Assembly: GCA_947244325.1 (NCBI GenBank)
Contig: CAMXJY010000011.1
Coordinates: 550-64,549 of the forward strand
From: an uncultured Clostridium sp.
GTDB taxonomy: Bacteria > Bacillota > Clostridia > TANB77 > CAG-508
DNA: 64,000 bases
Direction: 5' to 3'
Position 1 is the first letter of the stretch. Each line of letters starts with the position of its first letter. Made by a program: the position numbers and the translations under genes. The notes beneath the pieces are model-generated. The model searched no databases and had not been told where the DNA came from. It saw nothing but the letters and a program-made list of their open reading frames with translations. This document shows, in pieces, positions 8,406-18,752 of the stretch.

Positions 8406-11261
8406 TTATTCTTTTTCTATGCTTTTTAAGTAAAATTTTCCATCATTATTTTGCATAAGAATAATATTAAAAGACTTAAATTGATTTTTTTGTTTTAAAA
8501 CCTCACTATCAGCCCATTTTCTTATATCTTCTTTACTTTCTGAAACTATAGCTTCTTTTTTAGCAATTTCTGGTGATGTTCCATCAATATTATCACCATT
8601 TAATGTAGAATAAACAAGATGATAATATTTTCCAGTATCTATATATCTTCCTGTAACTGCATTATCTGTTTCCATGTATTCAACTACATTTACTATAAAT
8701 TCATTATTATTCTTTTTTATAGAATTTATAGCATAATAATTACTTACATATATGCCATATGGGCTAAATTCATATACATTATGTTCTTTATTATAATTAA
8801 TATTTTTAGAATTAGATAACAAATCTTCATTTTCATTTATATCTTTTTCTAAGTTAACTACTAACTCAGGTCCAAATAAATCTTTTAATTCATTTTCTAA
8901 TTCCTCTTTAGTAGAATACGGAAATATCCATACATTTTCATTACTGTATTCCTCATTTTGAGGGCTTAAGTGTCCATATATCCAGTATTTATCTGCATCA
9001 TTTATATTTTCAAATTCTGAAATTTTTCTTGAAAATCCATCATTACATAATATATCTATATATTGTGTTATTTTTTGTTTATCATTATCACTTACTTCAT
9101 TATTATTATTTGGTTTTGATAATTCATTTGAAACAGTATTATTTCCTAAATTACCTATTATTACTTTTCCATCATAATTTATATAAGCACATTTTCCATT
9201 TTTTTCCACACATGCAAGTCCTTCTGAAAAACTACTTAATATAGCATCATATTGTATATCTATAGCTAAATTTCCTTGCTTATCTATAAATCCATATTTA
9301 TCTCCATCTCTTACCCATGCAAGCCCATTTGAAAAACTGGACATATATTGGTATGGTGGTTCTAAAGCAACGTTTCCTTTTTTATCTATATATTTATACT
9401 TTCCATCTTTATATACTAATGCTAATCCTTCTGAAAATGGATATTGTATATCATCATATTCATAATCAATAACAACATTTTCAGTTTTATCTATATATCC
9501 ATATTTTCCGTTCTTTTCTACGCATGCAAGTCCTTCTGAAAATAAAAAACCACCATCATATTTAAAATCTATAACTACATTTCCTTGTTTATCTATGCAT
9601 CCATATTTTCCGTCTTTGCTAACCCATAATAATCCTTCATGAAAATAATTTGCTCTTCCATCATATTTAAAATCTAAAATCCAATTTCCTTTATTATCTA
9701 TATATCCATATCTTTCATCTTTTTTTACAGGAGCTAATCCATCTTCAAATGAATATGCTTCATCATATATGTAATCAATTACTATATTTCCTTCTTTATC
9801 TACATATCCATATTTGTATTTATTTTTAGAAACTTCTATAGCATCTACTGTTAATCCCTCTGTATATGTTCCTGTTATTTTCATATTTTTAGAGTCTAAA
9901 ACTATATTTCCTTTTTTATCTATATAATATCCATGTTCATTATTTATAGTAACTGCTGCTATTCCTTCTGAAAAGTTATCTCCTCTAGTTATATTTAAAG
10001 TTAAATCTCCTACTTCATTTACTTTTTCAGGTATTTCATAATTAAACTCTTCTTCCTCTTTATTAATTTCACTATCTAAATTATTTTGATTGCTAACATT
10101 TACAACATCTTCAACCTTTATAACTTTTATAAATATAAAACTTACAACTACTAAAAAAACAATTATTACCAAAATAAAACTCAAAATTGCACTCTTAGAT
10201 TTTCCTTTTATCATATGTATTCTTCTTTCCATATTTTTACCAGTATCAGACATACAAAGCATACTTGCAGTATAATTTTCTCCTGTACGATTTTTTAATA
10301 AATTAATAAGTACCATTCCATATTCTTTTTTCTCATTTTTATCTAGTTTTTTGGATGCAAGCTCGTCTGCTCCAATTTCAATATCTTGTCTAATTTTCTT
10401 AAATAAAAACCATACAACTGGATTAAACCAATGCATTGATAATACACATAATAATATATAATTAAATATTAAATCTTTTCTTTTATAATGTGATAATTCA
10501 TGTAAGAAAATATATTTTATTGTTTGATTATCTTGTTCTAAAGTCTCCTCTGTTATTAATATTGATGGATTTAATATTCCAAAAATACTTGGTACTTTTT
10601 TATAGCTTTGAAGTACTATATTAATTTTTTTCTTTATTACTAACTGTTTTTTGCACATTGATAATATATTTTCTAATCTTTCATCTTTATAAATATTTTT
10701 TGAAATTCTTTTATTTATTCTTCTACTTCCGCTTATAAAAGTTGTTATAAATATTAATATTCCAAACATCCATACACTTGGAATTAGTATATTTAATATT
10801 AATTCTTTTATATCTGTATTTAATTTTTGTTCTTCTGCAATTTGTATTGAAGTCATGTTGTTGTCTGCATTTACTACTTGATTCATATTTTCAAATGATT
10901 TTTTATTGCTAACTTCATCATCAGAATCACTAAAATCCAAAATTCCATTTTTTTCTTTGTTCGGCTCTGTTACTCTAGAAGATTCTTGATTTATATACTT
11001 AATATTTTCAAAACTATCTATAATTTCACTTTGCATAACTACTGCTTTATCTGTTTTTATTTCAATTCTTATTGGTATTAAAAGTGTTACTAAAGCAATA
11101 CACCACATTATACATTTCCATTTACCTGATATCTTTTTATCAAATATATTTCTTATAAAATAAATTAATAAACCTACAATACTTCCTACAACTGTCATGT
11201 ATAAAACTTGATAAAATATAGGAGAAATGAAACTTATTTTAGATAAAATTTCTTCTAACAT
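8406..11261 (-). CDS. BlaR1/MecR1-type M56 peptidase sensor with extracellular WG repeats
   Basis: HELSHYKRKD, HWFNPVVW, EIGADE; repeated FSEGLA..KYGYIDKxG. Confidence 0.9.
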   Translation of the reverse strand: MLEEILSKISFISPIFYQVLYMTVVGSIVGLLIYFIRNIFDKKISGKWKCIMWCIALVTLLIPIRIEIKTDKAVVMQSEIIDSFENIKYINQESSRVTEPNKEKNGILDFSDSDDEVSNKKSFENMNQVVNADNNMTSIQIAEEQKLNTDIKELILNILIPSVWMFGILIFITTFISGSRRINKRISKNIYKDERLENILSMCKKQLVIKKKINIVLQSYKKVPSIFGILNPSILITEETLEQDNQTIKYIFLHELSHYKRKDLIFNYILLCVLSMHWFNPVVWFLFKKIRQDIEIGADELASKKLDKNEKKEYGMVLINLLKNRTGENYTASMLCMSDTGKNMERRIHMIKGKSKSAILSFILVIIVFLVVVSFIFIKVIKVEDVVNVSNQNNLDSEINKEEEEFNYEIPEKVNEVGDLTLNITRGDNFSEGIAAVTINNEHGYYIDKKGNIVLDSKNMKITGTYTEGLTVDAIEVSKNKYKYGYVDKEGNIVIDYIYDEAYSFEDGLAPVKKDERYGYIDNKGNWILDFKYDGRANYFHEGLLWVSKDGKYGCIDKQGNVVIDFKYDGGFLFSEGLACVEKNGKYGYIDKTENVVIDYEYDDIQYPFSEGLALVYKDGKYKYIDKKGNVALEPPYQYMSSFSNGLAWVRDGDKYGFIDKQGNLAIDIQYDAILSSFSEGLACVEKNGKCAYINYDGKVIIGNLGNNTVSNELSKPNNNNEVSDNDKQKITQYIDILCNDGFSRKISEFENINDADKYWIYGHLSPQNEEYSNENVWIFPYSTKEELENELKDLFGPELVVNLEKDINENEDLLSNSKNINYNKEHNVYEFSPYGIYVSNYYAINSIKKNNNEFIVNVVEYMETDNAVTGRYIDTGKYYHLVYSTLNGDNIDGTSPEIAKKEAIVSESKEDIRKWADSEVLKQKNQFKSFNIILMQNNDGKFYLKSIEKE

Positions 11262-11263
11262 AA

Positions 11264-11638
11264 CTATTCCTCACTTTCTAACATATCAACTAATTTTTGT
11301 AACTCCTCTTTAGAAACTGTTTTATCTTCGACAAAGTTTAATAAAAGCTTTTGCACATTTCCTTTATATAATCTTTGTAAAAATGATGTATTTGCTTTTG
11401 CTAAATACTTTTTTTCTGTAATAGTCGCACTATATAAAAATCCTTGACCTGTGCTTTTTTTAGATTTTACTGCACCTTTATCTACTAATCTGTAAAGTAA
11501 TGTTTTTACTGTATTTTTATTTCTTTCTTTTATTTTGTCTAATTCTTCTACAATTTCTGTAAGTCCGCAAGCTCCATTACTCCAAAGAACTTGCATTATC
11601 TCTAATTCACTATCTGTTATATCGTATTTATCTTGCAT
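11264..11638 (-). CDS. BlaI/MecI/CopY family repressor
   Basis: SELEIMQVLW, TVKTLLYRLVDKG; adjacent to the M56 gene. Confidence 0.93.
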   Translation of the reverse strand: MQDKYDITDSELEIMQVLWSNGACGLTEIVEELDKIKERNKNTVKTLLYRLVDKGAVKSKKSTGQGFLYSATITEKKYLAKANTSFLQRLYKGNVQKLLLNFVEDKTVSKEELQKLVDMLESEE

Positions 11639-11700
11639 TTAATACCTCCTGTAATCTATACATTTCTTTATATCATGATTTAAGCTATAAAAAGAAATGA

Positions 11701-11740
11701 GTTACAAATGTAACTTGTTATAATTAGTTTACATCTGTAA
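11701..11740. promoter_or_regulatory. Two BlaI/CopY-type operator boxes (TACA-NN-TGTA)
   Basis: GTTACAAATGTAAC at 11701-11714 and TTACATCTGTAA at 11729-11740; - strand TTGACA at 11754-11749. Confidence 0.85.
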
Positions 11741-11826
11741 CCCATCTTTGTCAATATATTTTTTTCATAAAATAACAGTTTTTGCCTATTTTTAACTTAA
11801 ATACACAATAAATTTTAACTTAAACT

Positions 11827-12918
11827 CTATAATATCCTTGTTAAAATTTCTATTATTTTTTCATAATCTTTATTTATTCTTATTCTTGCATAAGTACTAT
11901 CTAAATTTATAAAATAACTACAATTTTCAGCTATAATTCCTTCTTCCATAAGCTTTTTAGTTAAATTTTCACATTTATCTGATTTTATAGTAAAAATTGG
12001 TATTTCCATATCTGTATATATATAATTTTCTTTTTTTATGCTATTACATATTTTCTCTTTTGCCTCTCTTACCATAGTTTTTGTATCTTCTATCTTAGAA
12101 TAATTTTGTAAAGCTTTAATAAATATACTTGCAGATAAATCTGAAAATGGAAATGGCATTGCTATTTCATTATATATTTTTATCAATTCTTTATCAGCAA
12201 ACATATATCCTACTCTATGATTTGGCAATCCAAAAAACTTTGAGCCACTTCTTATAACAACAATATTATTGTATTTATTTACTAATGTTATTGCTGAATT
12301 ACTTTTAGTCATATAATCACCATAAGCTTCATCTACTAAAACAATAATATTATTTTCTCTAGCTTTTTCTACAATTTTTTCAATATCATTAATATCAATA
12401 GTCTGACCAGTAGGATTATTCGGATTTTCTATTGATATTACATCATATGTATTATCTATCATTTTGATAAAATCTTCTACTACAAATTTATAGTTATTCT
12501 TTTTTTCAAACTTATAATAATCATAAATTCCCTTTTGCAATTCAACTTCTGATATAAATCTTGGAAACTGAGGTGCACATCCTAATACTTTTTTTCCATC
12601 TCTCATTAAAAACTGTCCAAGATTCCTAATTGTTCCCATAGTTCCAGAACCAAATGCTATGTTATTTTTATCTACACCTTGATAAAGCACATCATTATAA
12701 AATTTAAGTAATTCTTCTTTCAATAATTCATATTGTACAGCTGGATATTTATTAATTTCGCATACACTTTCAGTTAAATAACTATTTATTAAATCATCAT
12801 CAATAAATGGATTAGTTCCTAATGAGCAATCTATAATATCTTTTCTTAAACTATTATTTAATCCTTCTTCATCCATATAATCCCTAACTCTAAATTCTTT
12901 ATAATATTTATCTATCAT
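11827..12918 (-). CDS. PLP-dependent class I/II aminotransferase (HisC/CobD-like)
   Basis: NPNNPTG, DEAY, RSGSKFFGLP..RVGY. Confidence 0.88.
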   Translation of the reverse strand: MIDKYYKEFRVRDYMDEEGLNNSLRKDIIDCSLGTNPFIDDDLINSYLTESVCEINKYPAVQYELLKEELLKFYNDVLYQGVDKNNIAFGSGTMGTIRNLGQFLMRDGKKVLGCAPQFPRFISEVELQKGIYDYYKFEKKNNYKFVVEDFIKMIDNTYDVISIENPNNPTGQTIDINDIEKIVEKARENNIIVLVDEAYGDYMTKSNSAITLVNKYNNIVVIRSGSKFFGLPNHRVGYMFADKELIKIYNEIAMPFPFSDLSASIFIKALQNYSKIEDTKTMVREAKEKICNSIKKENYIYTDMEIPIFTIKSDKCENLTKKLMEEGIIAENCSYFINLDSTYARIRINKDYEKIIEILTRIL

Positions 12919-13003
12919 TAAATTTCTCTCCTTATATATTTAGTTTACTATAAACCTTTGCTTATTAGTATTTATATATTTTTAAATTTTCTTATATTTA
13001 GCT

Positions 13004-14194
13004 TTATTTTTGCTTATCTTTTTCTAATGTTTTATAATCTTCAATAAATTCTATTATACTTTTATAACTATCTGAATGTGCTACATCATCTAATATATTC
13101 TCTACTGCTTTTTGTACTGGAGTTTGATACTCGCTATATTCTCCTTGTGATACTTTTACTGCATCCATTATCAATTTTGGATTTTGCATAACATCTTTTA
13201 AATATAGTTCTCCTTCTGGAAGTGGTGAATATGGTGGCACATTTATATTAGCAATATATTGAACAGTATCTTTTGGTGTAAAATAAGGAACTGTTTTTAC
13301 TTCTTCTGCTAATAATTTTCTTACTCTATAAAATTTTTCTTCTGGTTTTGCTCCAATAGATATGATAGTATCGCATTCTTTTGGTGCGTCTCCTCCAAAA
13401 AAGTTAGACATTTGAGCAACTGATGAATCAATACATCCATCATGAACAAAACTATGTATTGCCGCATATTTTATAGAGTTTTCTGCTTTTTTTCTTCTTT
13501 CTCCCATTTCCATTAAACCTGTTTTTAAATCATCTTCATATCCTAACTTTCTTTCTAATGTTTCATAAATTTTTCTATATTCTGGTGTTCCTATTATATT
13601 ACTTGAAAATGTTAAATCTGTATAAAAATTAACTTTATCTTTTAATCTTGGATGATATTCTTCAATATATTTTTGAGCTATTTTTATAAATTCTGATGAT
13701 TCTTTATTTGCTATTTCTGGATCAAGTGCATTTGTTATTATACCTGCTCCATTCATAAAAAAGTATTCTATATTGGGAACACTACTACTTCCACTTTCTA
13801 ATAATTCTTCACACATATTTAATGCTGGTAATAAATATACAAATGCTCTAAACGGCATTTTCTCTGTACCACCAAAAACTGTTCTTATCGCAGTTTCATT
13901 TAAAGCATCTGGTTTACTTTCCAATTTACTACATATTCCAGAAATATTTTCCACTCCTTTTGAATCTATTGTTTTAAATAATTTCCTGTATTCTGGATTT
14001 GTTGTTGTAGAACATAAAAATACATCTAAAACTCTTTTGATATCTGATGTACATCTATCCATAGAGCTACATACTCTATCTCCTAATTCTTTTGATTTTA
14101 AATTACCTTCTATATCAAATAATTCTAATCTTGATTGATTTAATGCACTATTTATTCTTCCACATTCTTTTTTTGTTAATTTATTTTCATTCAT
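13004..14194 (-). CDS. Hypothetical protein downstream of a Trp T-box
   Basis: 396-aa ORF with GGAGG RBS; no family recognised. Confidence 0.8.
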   Translation of the reverse strand: MNENKLTKKECGRINSALNQSRLELFDIEGNLKSKELGDRVCSSMDRCTSDIKRVLDVFLCSTTTNPEYRKLFKTIDSKGVENISGICSKLESKPDALNETAIRTVFGGTEKMPFRAFVYLLPALNMCEELLESGSSSVPNIEYFFMNGAGIITNALDPEIANKESSEFIKIAQKYIEEYHPRLKDKVNFYTDLTFSSNIIGTPEYRKIYETLERKLGYEDDLKTGLMEMGERRKKAENSIKYAAIHSFVHDGCIDSSVAQMSNFFGGDAPKECDTIISIGAKPEEKFYRVRKLLAEEVKTVPYFTPKDTVQYIANINVPPYSPLPEGELYLKDVMQNPKLIMDAVKVSQGEYSEYQTPVQKAVENILDDVAHSDSYKSIIEFIEDYKTLEKDKQK

Positions 14195-14283
14195 TTTTGT
14201 ACCTCCAATTTTATTATATTTTTTAATTAGTTATATACACCAATCTTTCTCTGTTTTATTCATATAATATCTTTTTTGCATAT

Positions 14284-14559
14284 AAAAAACTCCTATCCTT
14301 AAATATTTAAGGACAGGAGTATAATTCCTGCGGTGCCACCTTATTTGGCTATATTGCCCACTCATTTCTTCATATACAAACATATATGTCTACTTTTTAC
14401 GAGTTAGAATCTCGTCAACGCCTACTTTAATTAATTTCGGATTGCCCTCATTAGTCCATTCAGTAAAATATCCAATGTAATATTTCCACCAACAATTACT
14501 CTCTATTTTCTTCAATTATACTTACTACTCTAAATCAACGGTTTGTTCATATTTAATTT
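14284..14559 (-). promoter_or_regulatory. T-box riboswitch, Trp-specific
   Basis: AGTA, AGAGA and GGTGG(AA) stem I motifs; GAA-TGG specifier (14458-14456); T box AAGGTGGCACCGC; terminator 14320-14284; promoter TTGCAC-17-TAAAAT. Confidence 0.88.
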
Positions 14560-14671
14560 TTATATATTTTAGCACATATTTTTAAAATGTGCAAGTTTTT
14601 TGTTTGGAAACATTGCTTAATCTTTAAATTCAATTTTTTAAAGAGATGAAATTTAAAACTAATCTATATCC

Positions 14672-15643
14672 TTACTCCTCTATAATTTCATATCCTTCTT
14701 TTGTTAATCTAATTACTTTATCTCCTTCAAAAGCACATATTGAATCTGCTCCATATTCTTCTACCCATCCTCTAGTAATAATGCTTTTCCATTTTCCTGA
14801 ATTGTATCCGCCACCATTATCATTATCATATAGCCATTTTGGTGCATTAAAGAAACATAGTTTAGGTGCTATTGCATCATATACTTCTTTTTTTACACCA
14901 TTTTGTCCATGATGTGCCATTTGTACTGCATAACTTTTTAATTTTTCTGGTTCTTCTAATAATTCTTTACTTGTATAATTAAATCCATCACCTAAAAATA
15001 TTATACTTTTATCTACATCCACTGCTGTCATTTTGAAAATCATACTACTGTCATTTCCATTATCTGAATTAGTTACTTCTGGGTTAGCTATTCTTATTAT
15101 TTCACATTTAATGTTATCCATATCTACAACTTGATTTTTTGTACATGATATTTTATTAATAATTTTAGGATTTTCTAATGTTTCATACATTAATTTTTCT
15201 GATTCATATCCTCTTTTATCATATTGTTCATACCATTTTAATTCATTAAAAGAATAGTATAAATTTTCTACTTCTATATTGCAATCTTCTCTTCCTAGTA
15301 GCTCACACAATGCTCCTACATGGTCACTATGTGGATGTGTAATATACCAATAATTTACTTTTCCATTTCCATATTTCATAATATATTCTAATAGAAAATC
15401 TGCATCATTAATTTCTCCACCGTCAACAACTATAAGTTTATCATTTTTGGTTCTTATTAAATATGAATTTGAATTACGATTTCCATTTTCTGGGATAGCA
15501 ACTCCTGCAACTAAAGTAATTCTCATTCCTGCTTTCTCATCTAGTATTTCTTCGTTTTCTTTAGTATTAAATTTCATAAAAACAATCATAGTAATTGCTA
15601 TAGCAATTACTAAAAATATTAATATTTTTAGTGATTTTTTCAT
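14672..15643 (-). CDS. Exported MBL-fold metallo-hydrolase (ComEC/Rec2-like)
   Basis: THPHSDHVG, NDSS, FLGD, HHG; N-terminal TM. Confidence 0.85.
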   Translation of the reverse strand: MKKSLKILIFLVIAIAITMIVFMKFNTKENEEILDEKAGMRITLVAGVAIPENGNRNSNSYLIRTKNDKLIVVDGGEINDADFLLEYIMKYGNGKVNYWYITHPHSDHVGALCELLGREDCNIEVENLYYSFNELKWYEQYDKRGYESEKLMYETLENPKIINKISCTKNQVVDMDNIKCEIIRIANPEVTNSDNGNDSSMIFKMTAVDVDKSIIFLGDGFNYTSKELLEEPEKLKSYAVQMAHHGQNGVKKEVYDAIAPKLCFFNAPKWLYDNDNGGGYNSGKWKSIITRGWVEEYGADSICAFEGDKVIRLTKEGYEIIEE

Positions 15644-15757
15644 TTTTTCTCCTATAAACTATTACTTAAATAGTCTAATATAATTTTATATCTATAATTA
15701 TTTCATTAATATATTACCACAATTTTAACTTAATTTCTATATACAAAATTAAGCTAA

Positions 15758-16168
15758 AGAACAAAAGTGGACATTATGAAAATTGCAAAAGAAAAAACTT
15801 ATTGTAAATGTCCACGTCTTTCCTCTGTATAACTTATCAGCTTTAGCTTAACCTATCTGTAATTCACGTTGTTCATACAGCTAGGATATCTATGTCACTA
15901 ACGTTCCTAGAGCTAAGAAATGTTCTGTGTGCATAACTTATCTGTAGTTCAACTTTGTATATTCTAACTGTAACAGGCAAAGCCTTAACAGTTAGAATAA
16001 CTTTGTTTCACACAGCTAAGAAATGTACAAAATTGCCGAAGGCTTTATTTAGTTTTAATTTAATATATTTGTTTATATTTTCTAAATTTATGATATAATA
16101 TTAGAACAAAAGTGGACGATATTTAATATGCAAAAGACAAAACTTATTGCAAATGTTCACGTCTTTGT
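15758..16168. repeat. Cluster of REP-like modules and short mosaic repeats
   Basis: AGAACAAAAGTGGAC..CACGTCTT at 15758-15820 and 16103-16168; TACAAAATTGCCGAAGGCTTTATTTAG near 16026; hairpin TTCTAACTGT..ACAGTTAGAA. Confidence 0.75.
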
Positions 16169-16182
16169 AAGGAGGATTAATT

Positions 16183-16701
16183 ATGGATTTTTTAGAATTA
16201 GCTAAAAAAAGATATTCTTGTAGAAGCTTTGAAGACAAAGCTGTTGAACAAGAAAAAATAGATAAAATTTTAGAAGCTGGACGAATTGCACCAACTGCTT
16301 GTAATTTTCAGCCTCAAAGAATACTTGTTTTAACAGATGAAGCTGAGCTTTCAAAATTAAGTGAATGTACTAAATTTGGTTGGGGAGCTCCAGTTATAAT
16401 GATTATCTGTTATGATAAAAATGTTTCTTGGAAAAACAAATATGATGGACATGATGAGGGTCGTGTTGATGCAAGTATTATTACAACTCATATGATGCTT
16501 GAAATAGAAGATTTAGGTCTAGGTACAACTTGGATAGGAGCTTTTAATCCTTCTAAAGTTCGTGAAGTCTATAATATTCCTGATAACTATGAAATCATTT
16601 CTATTTTGCCTGTTGGATATCCATCTAAAGATGCATCTCCAAGTGCTATGCATGAAAATAGGAAACCTATTGAAAAAACTGTATTTTATAATAAATTTTA
16701 A
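16183..16701 (+). CDS. Nitroreductase family protein
   Basis: RYSCRSF, APTACNFQP, LGLGTTWIG, PVGYP. Confidence 0.93.
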   Translation: MDFLELAKKRYSCRSFEDKAVEQEKIDKILEAGRIAPTACNFQPQRILVLTDEAELSKLSECTKFGWGAPVIMIICYDKNVSWKNKYDGHDEGRVDASIITTHMMLEIEDLGLGTTWIGAFNPSKVREVYNIPDNYEIISILPVGYPSKDASPSAMHENRKPIEKTVFYNKF

Positions 16702-16822
16702 AGTTACTATTATAAATGAATTGAAAATTTTGGATTATAAAAGTATAGAACTTTATTTCTATACTTTTTCTTTTAAAAAAAAACTCCTAATTATTAATAA
16801 TTAAGAGTTTTTTATATTCAAC

Positions 16823-18715
16823 TTATCTAGTTACATAATCAATATCTTCATCTTTTACACGACCAAATATACTTTGAAGTGAATTATATTTCTCATCTTG
16901 ATTTATTGTTAGCGTTCTTTCATAAGTTCTATCTACCGATCTAACAATTCCAATTCCTTCTTGATAATATTCTATATCACCTTCATTTTTTGATATTCTT
17001 ACTTCAAGAGTTCCATCTCCGCTATATCTACTACCATCAACTGTTTCTTTACTTTCAAGCATTTGTGTATCATTTGTTCCCATAATTTCATCTTTTATAA
17101 TTAATGCTATTGCATTTTGACTCATTTCTTTTTTATTATTTGCTTCATAATAAATAGCAATTTTATTAAAAATATCTTCATAATCTTGCATTAATTCAGA
17201 ATCTTCTCTATAATTATCGCCAAGTTCTTCTGTCCTATATAAAACATTCTGTATATCATCAAAAAAGTCATAAGTCTCTTTTGTTGCTTCTTCTATAGTC
17301 TTTCCTGTAGTTTCAACAATATTATTGGCTACCAAAGATTTTAAATTTGAAGAATAATAACCTTCATTTATAAGTTCTCTTCCAAAAGTTTCCATTAGTA
17401 ATCCTACCATTAATTGTTCAGTAGCATATGAACTGTCTACATCTAAACTTGTATATCCTTCATTTAATAATGTTGATTCATACATATTAAATCTTCCATT
17501 AAAATGCTTTACTTCATGGTCAATTGTTGTATTTCCTGGTTCAAAATGATCTGTTACATATATATTTATTTTATCTAATCCAATAAATGCTTCTCCAGCT
17601 GCTCTTGTTCCTTTTGGAATATAACTTAAATTATCTTTTTCTTTCCCCTCTGGATTATAATCATAATTTATTTTTAAATTTGCATATGAATCTGCAAGTT
17701 GTTCTGTTTGCAAATATTCACTATTTTGTATCCAGTCAAGTAAATATCTTTCTTCTATGTATGTTTTTTCCTCATAAGATAATTTTTCATTAGACCTAAG
17801 TGCTGTTAATATTTGTTGTACATTTTCTGGTATAGAATCTCTATCAATTTCATCATTATCAGAATCTTCTTTTCCTTTTTCTATTATCCCATCTACATAT
17901 ATTATTTCATCTTTATCCCCATCATAATAAAAAGATATATCATCCATTTCAAAATTAAATGCAGATGCCGCATCAAGTTCTACTGCTATCTCCCAATTTT
18001 CTAATCCGATTTCTTCAAGTTGTGATTGTATCGTTTTATATTTTTCTGAAATTGCTTCATCTGCTATTTTATATCCTTCTACTTGACTATTTTCTATATT
18101 AGTATTTTTTCCTAGTAGACCACCTATTTTTTCAATTCCTATCTCTTCTTTTGAAATAGATACATTTGGTAATATTGTTTTAGAAAGTAATTGATATCCT
18201 CCAAGTCCAACAGTTACGGCTGCTGCCACTCCTAAAATAGAAACAACTATTTTCATTGGTAATTTTGATTTACTTTGATTTTTTCTATTATTCATAAAAT
18301 TTTCAGTATAATCAAAATAATTCCAATCATTTGAATCTATTTTAGTTACTTTTTTACGTTTACTTATTAGTACTTTAGGTGAATTATAATAATCATATAA
18401 TTTTTTTATACTTTCATATGAACATGGCTCTTCATTACCATCTACTATTTTAGAAAAATAACTCTTTTGGCTATATTTATTGATATATCTATAATAGTAT
18501 TCATTATTGTAATCTATAACTTCTCTTTTTATATATTTTTTATTAAGACTTTCAACAATTTTATTTAAGAATTCTATTTCTCCTTCTTTTTTTACTGCAT
18601 ACCCTTCTTTTTCATTCTTTTTTATTGCGTATGCAAATAAATTGTTTGTTTCTTCGTCTTGATATATACAATAATGTTTATCTAGTACATCTACATCAAA
18701 TAATACTTTTTTCAT
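16823..18715 (-). CDS. Hypothetical single-pass membrane protein with zincin-like HExxH motif
   Basis: TM segment IVVSILGVAAAVTVGLGGY; DHEVKH..LLNEG; likely start 18715. Confidence 0.65.
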   Translation of the reverse strand: MKKVLFDVDVLDKHYCIYQDEETNNLFAYAIKKNEKEGYAVKKEGEIEFLNKIVESLNKKYIKREVIDYNNEYYYRYINKYSQKSYFSKIVDGNEEPCSYESIKKLYDYYNSPKVLISKRKKVTKIDSNDWNYFDYTENFMNNRKNQSKSKLPMKIVVSILGVAAAVTVGLGGYQLLSKTILPNVSISKEEIGIEKIGGLLGKNTNIENSQVEGYKIADEAISEKYKTIQSQLEEIGLENWEIAVELDAASAFNFEMDDISFYYDGDKDEIIYVDGIIEKGKEDSDNDEIDRDSIPENVQQILTALRSNEKLSYEEKTYIEERYLLDWIQNSEYLQTEQLADSYANLKINYDYNPEGKEKDNLSYIPKGTRAAGEAFIGLDKINIYVTDHFEPGNTTIDHEVKHFNGRFNMYESTLLNEGYTSLDVDSSYATEQLMVGLLMETFGRELINEGYYSSNLKSLVANNIVETTGKTIEEATKETYDFFDDIQNVLYRTEELGDNYREDSELMQDYEDIFNKIAIYYEANNKKEMSQNAIALIIKDEIMGTNDTQMLESKETVDGSRYSGDGTLEVRISKNEGDIEYYQEGIGIVRSVDRTYERTLTINQDEKYNSLQSIFGRVKDEDIDYVTR

Positions 18716-18752
18716 TTTTTGTATTCCTTTCAACTTCTTTTGTTTACGTATT

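Noticed and set aside
4039-11638. Possible prophage or integrative island at tRNA-Met
   Set aside because: No integrase, no duplicated tRNA 3' end (att site) and no phage structural genes were seen.
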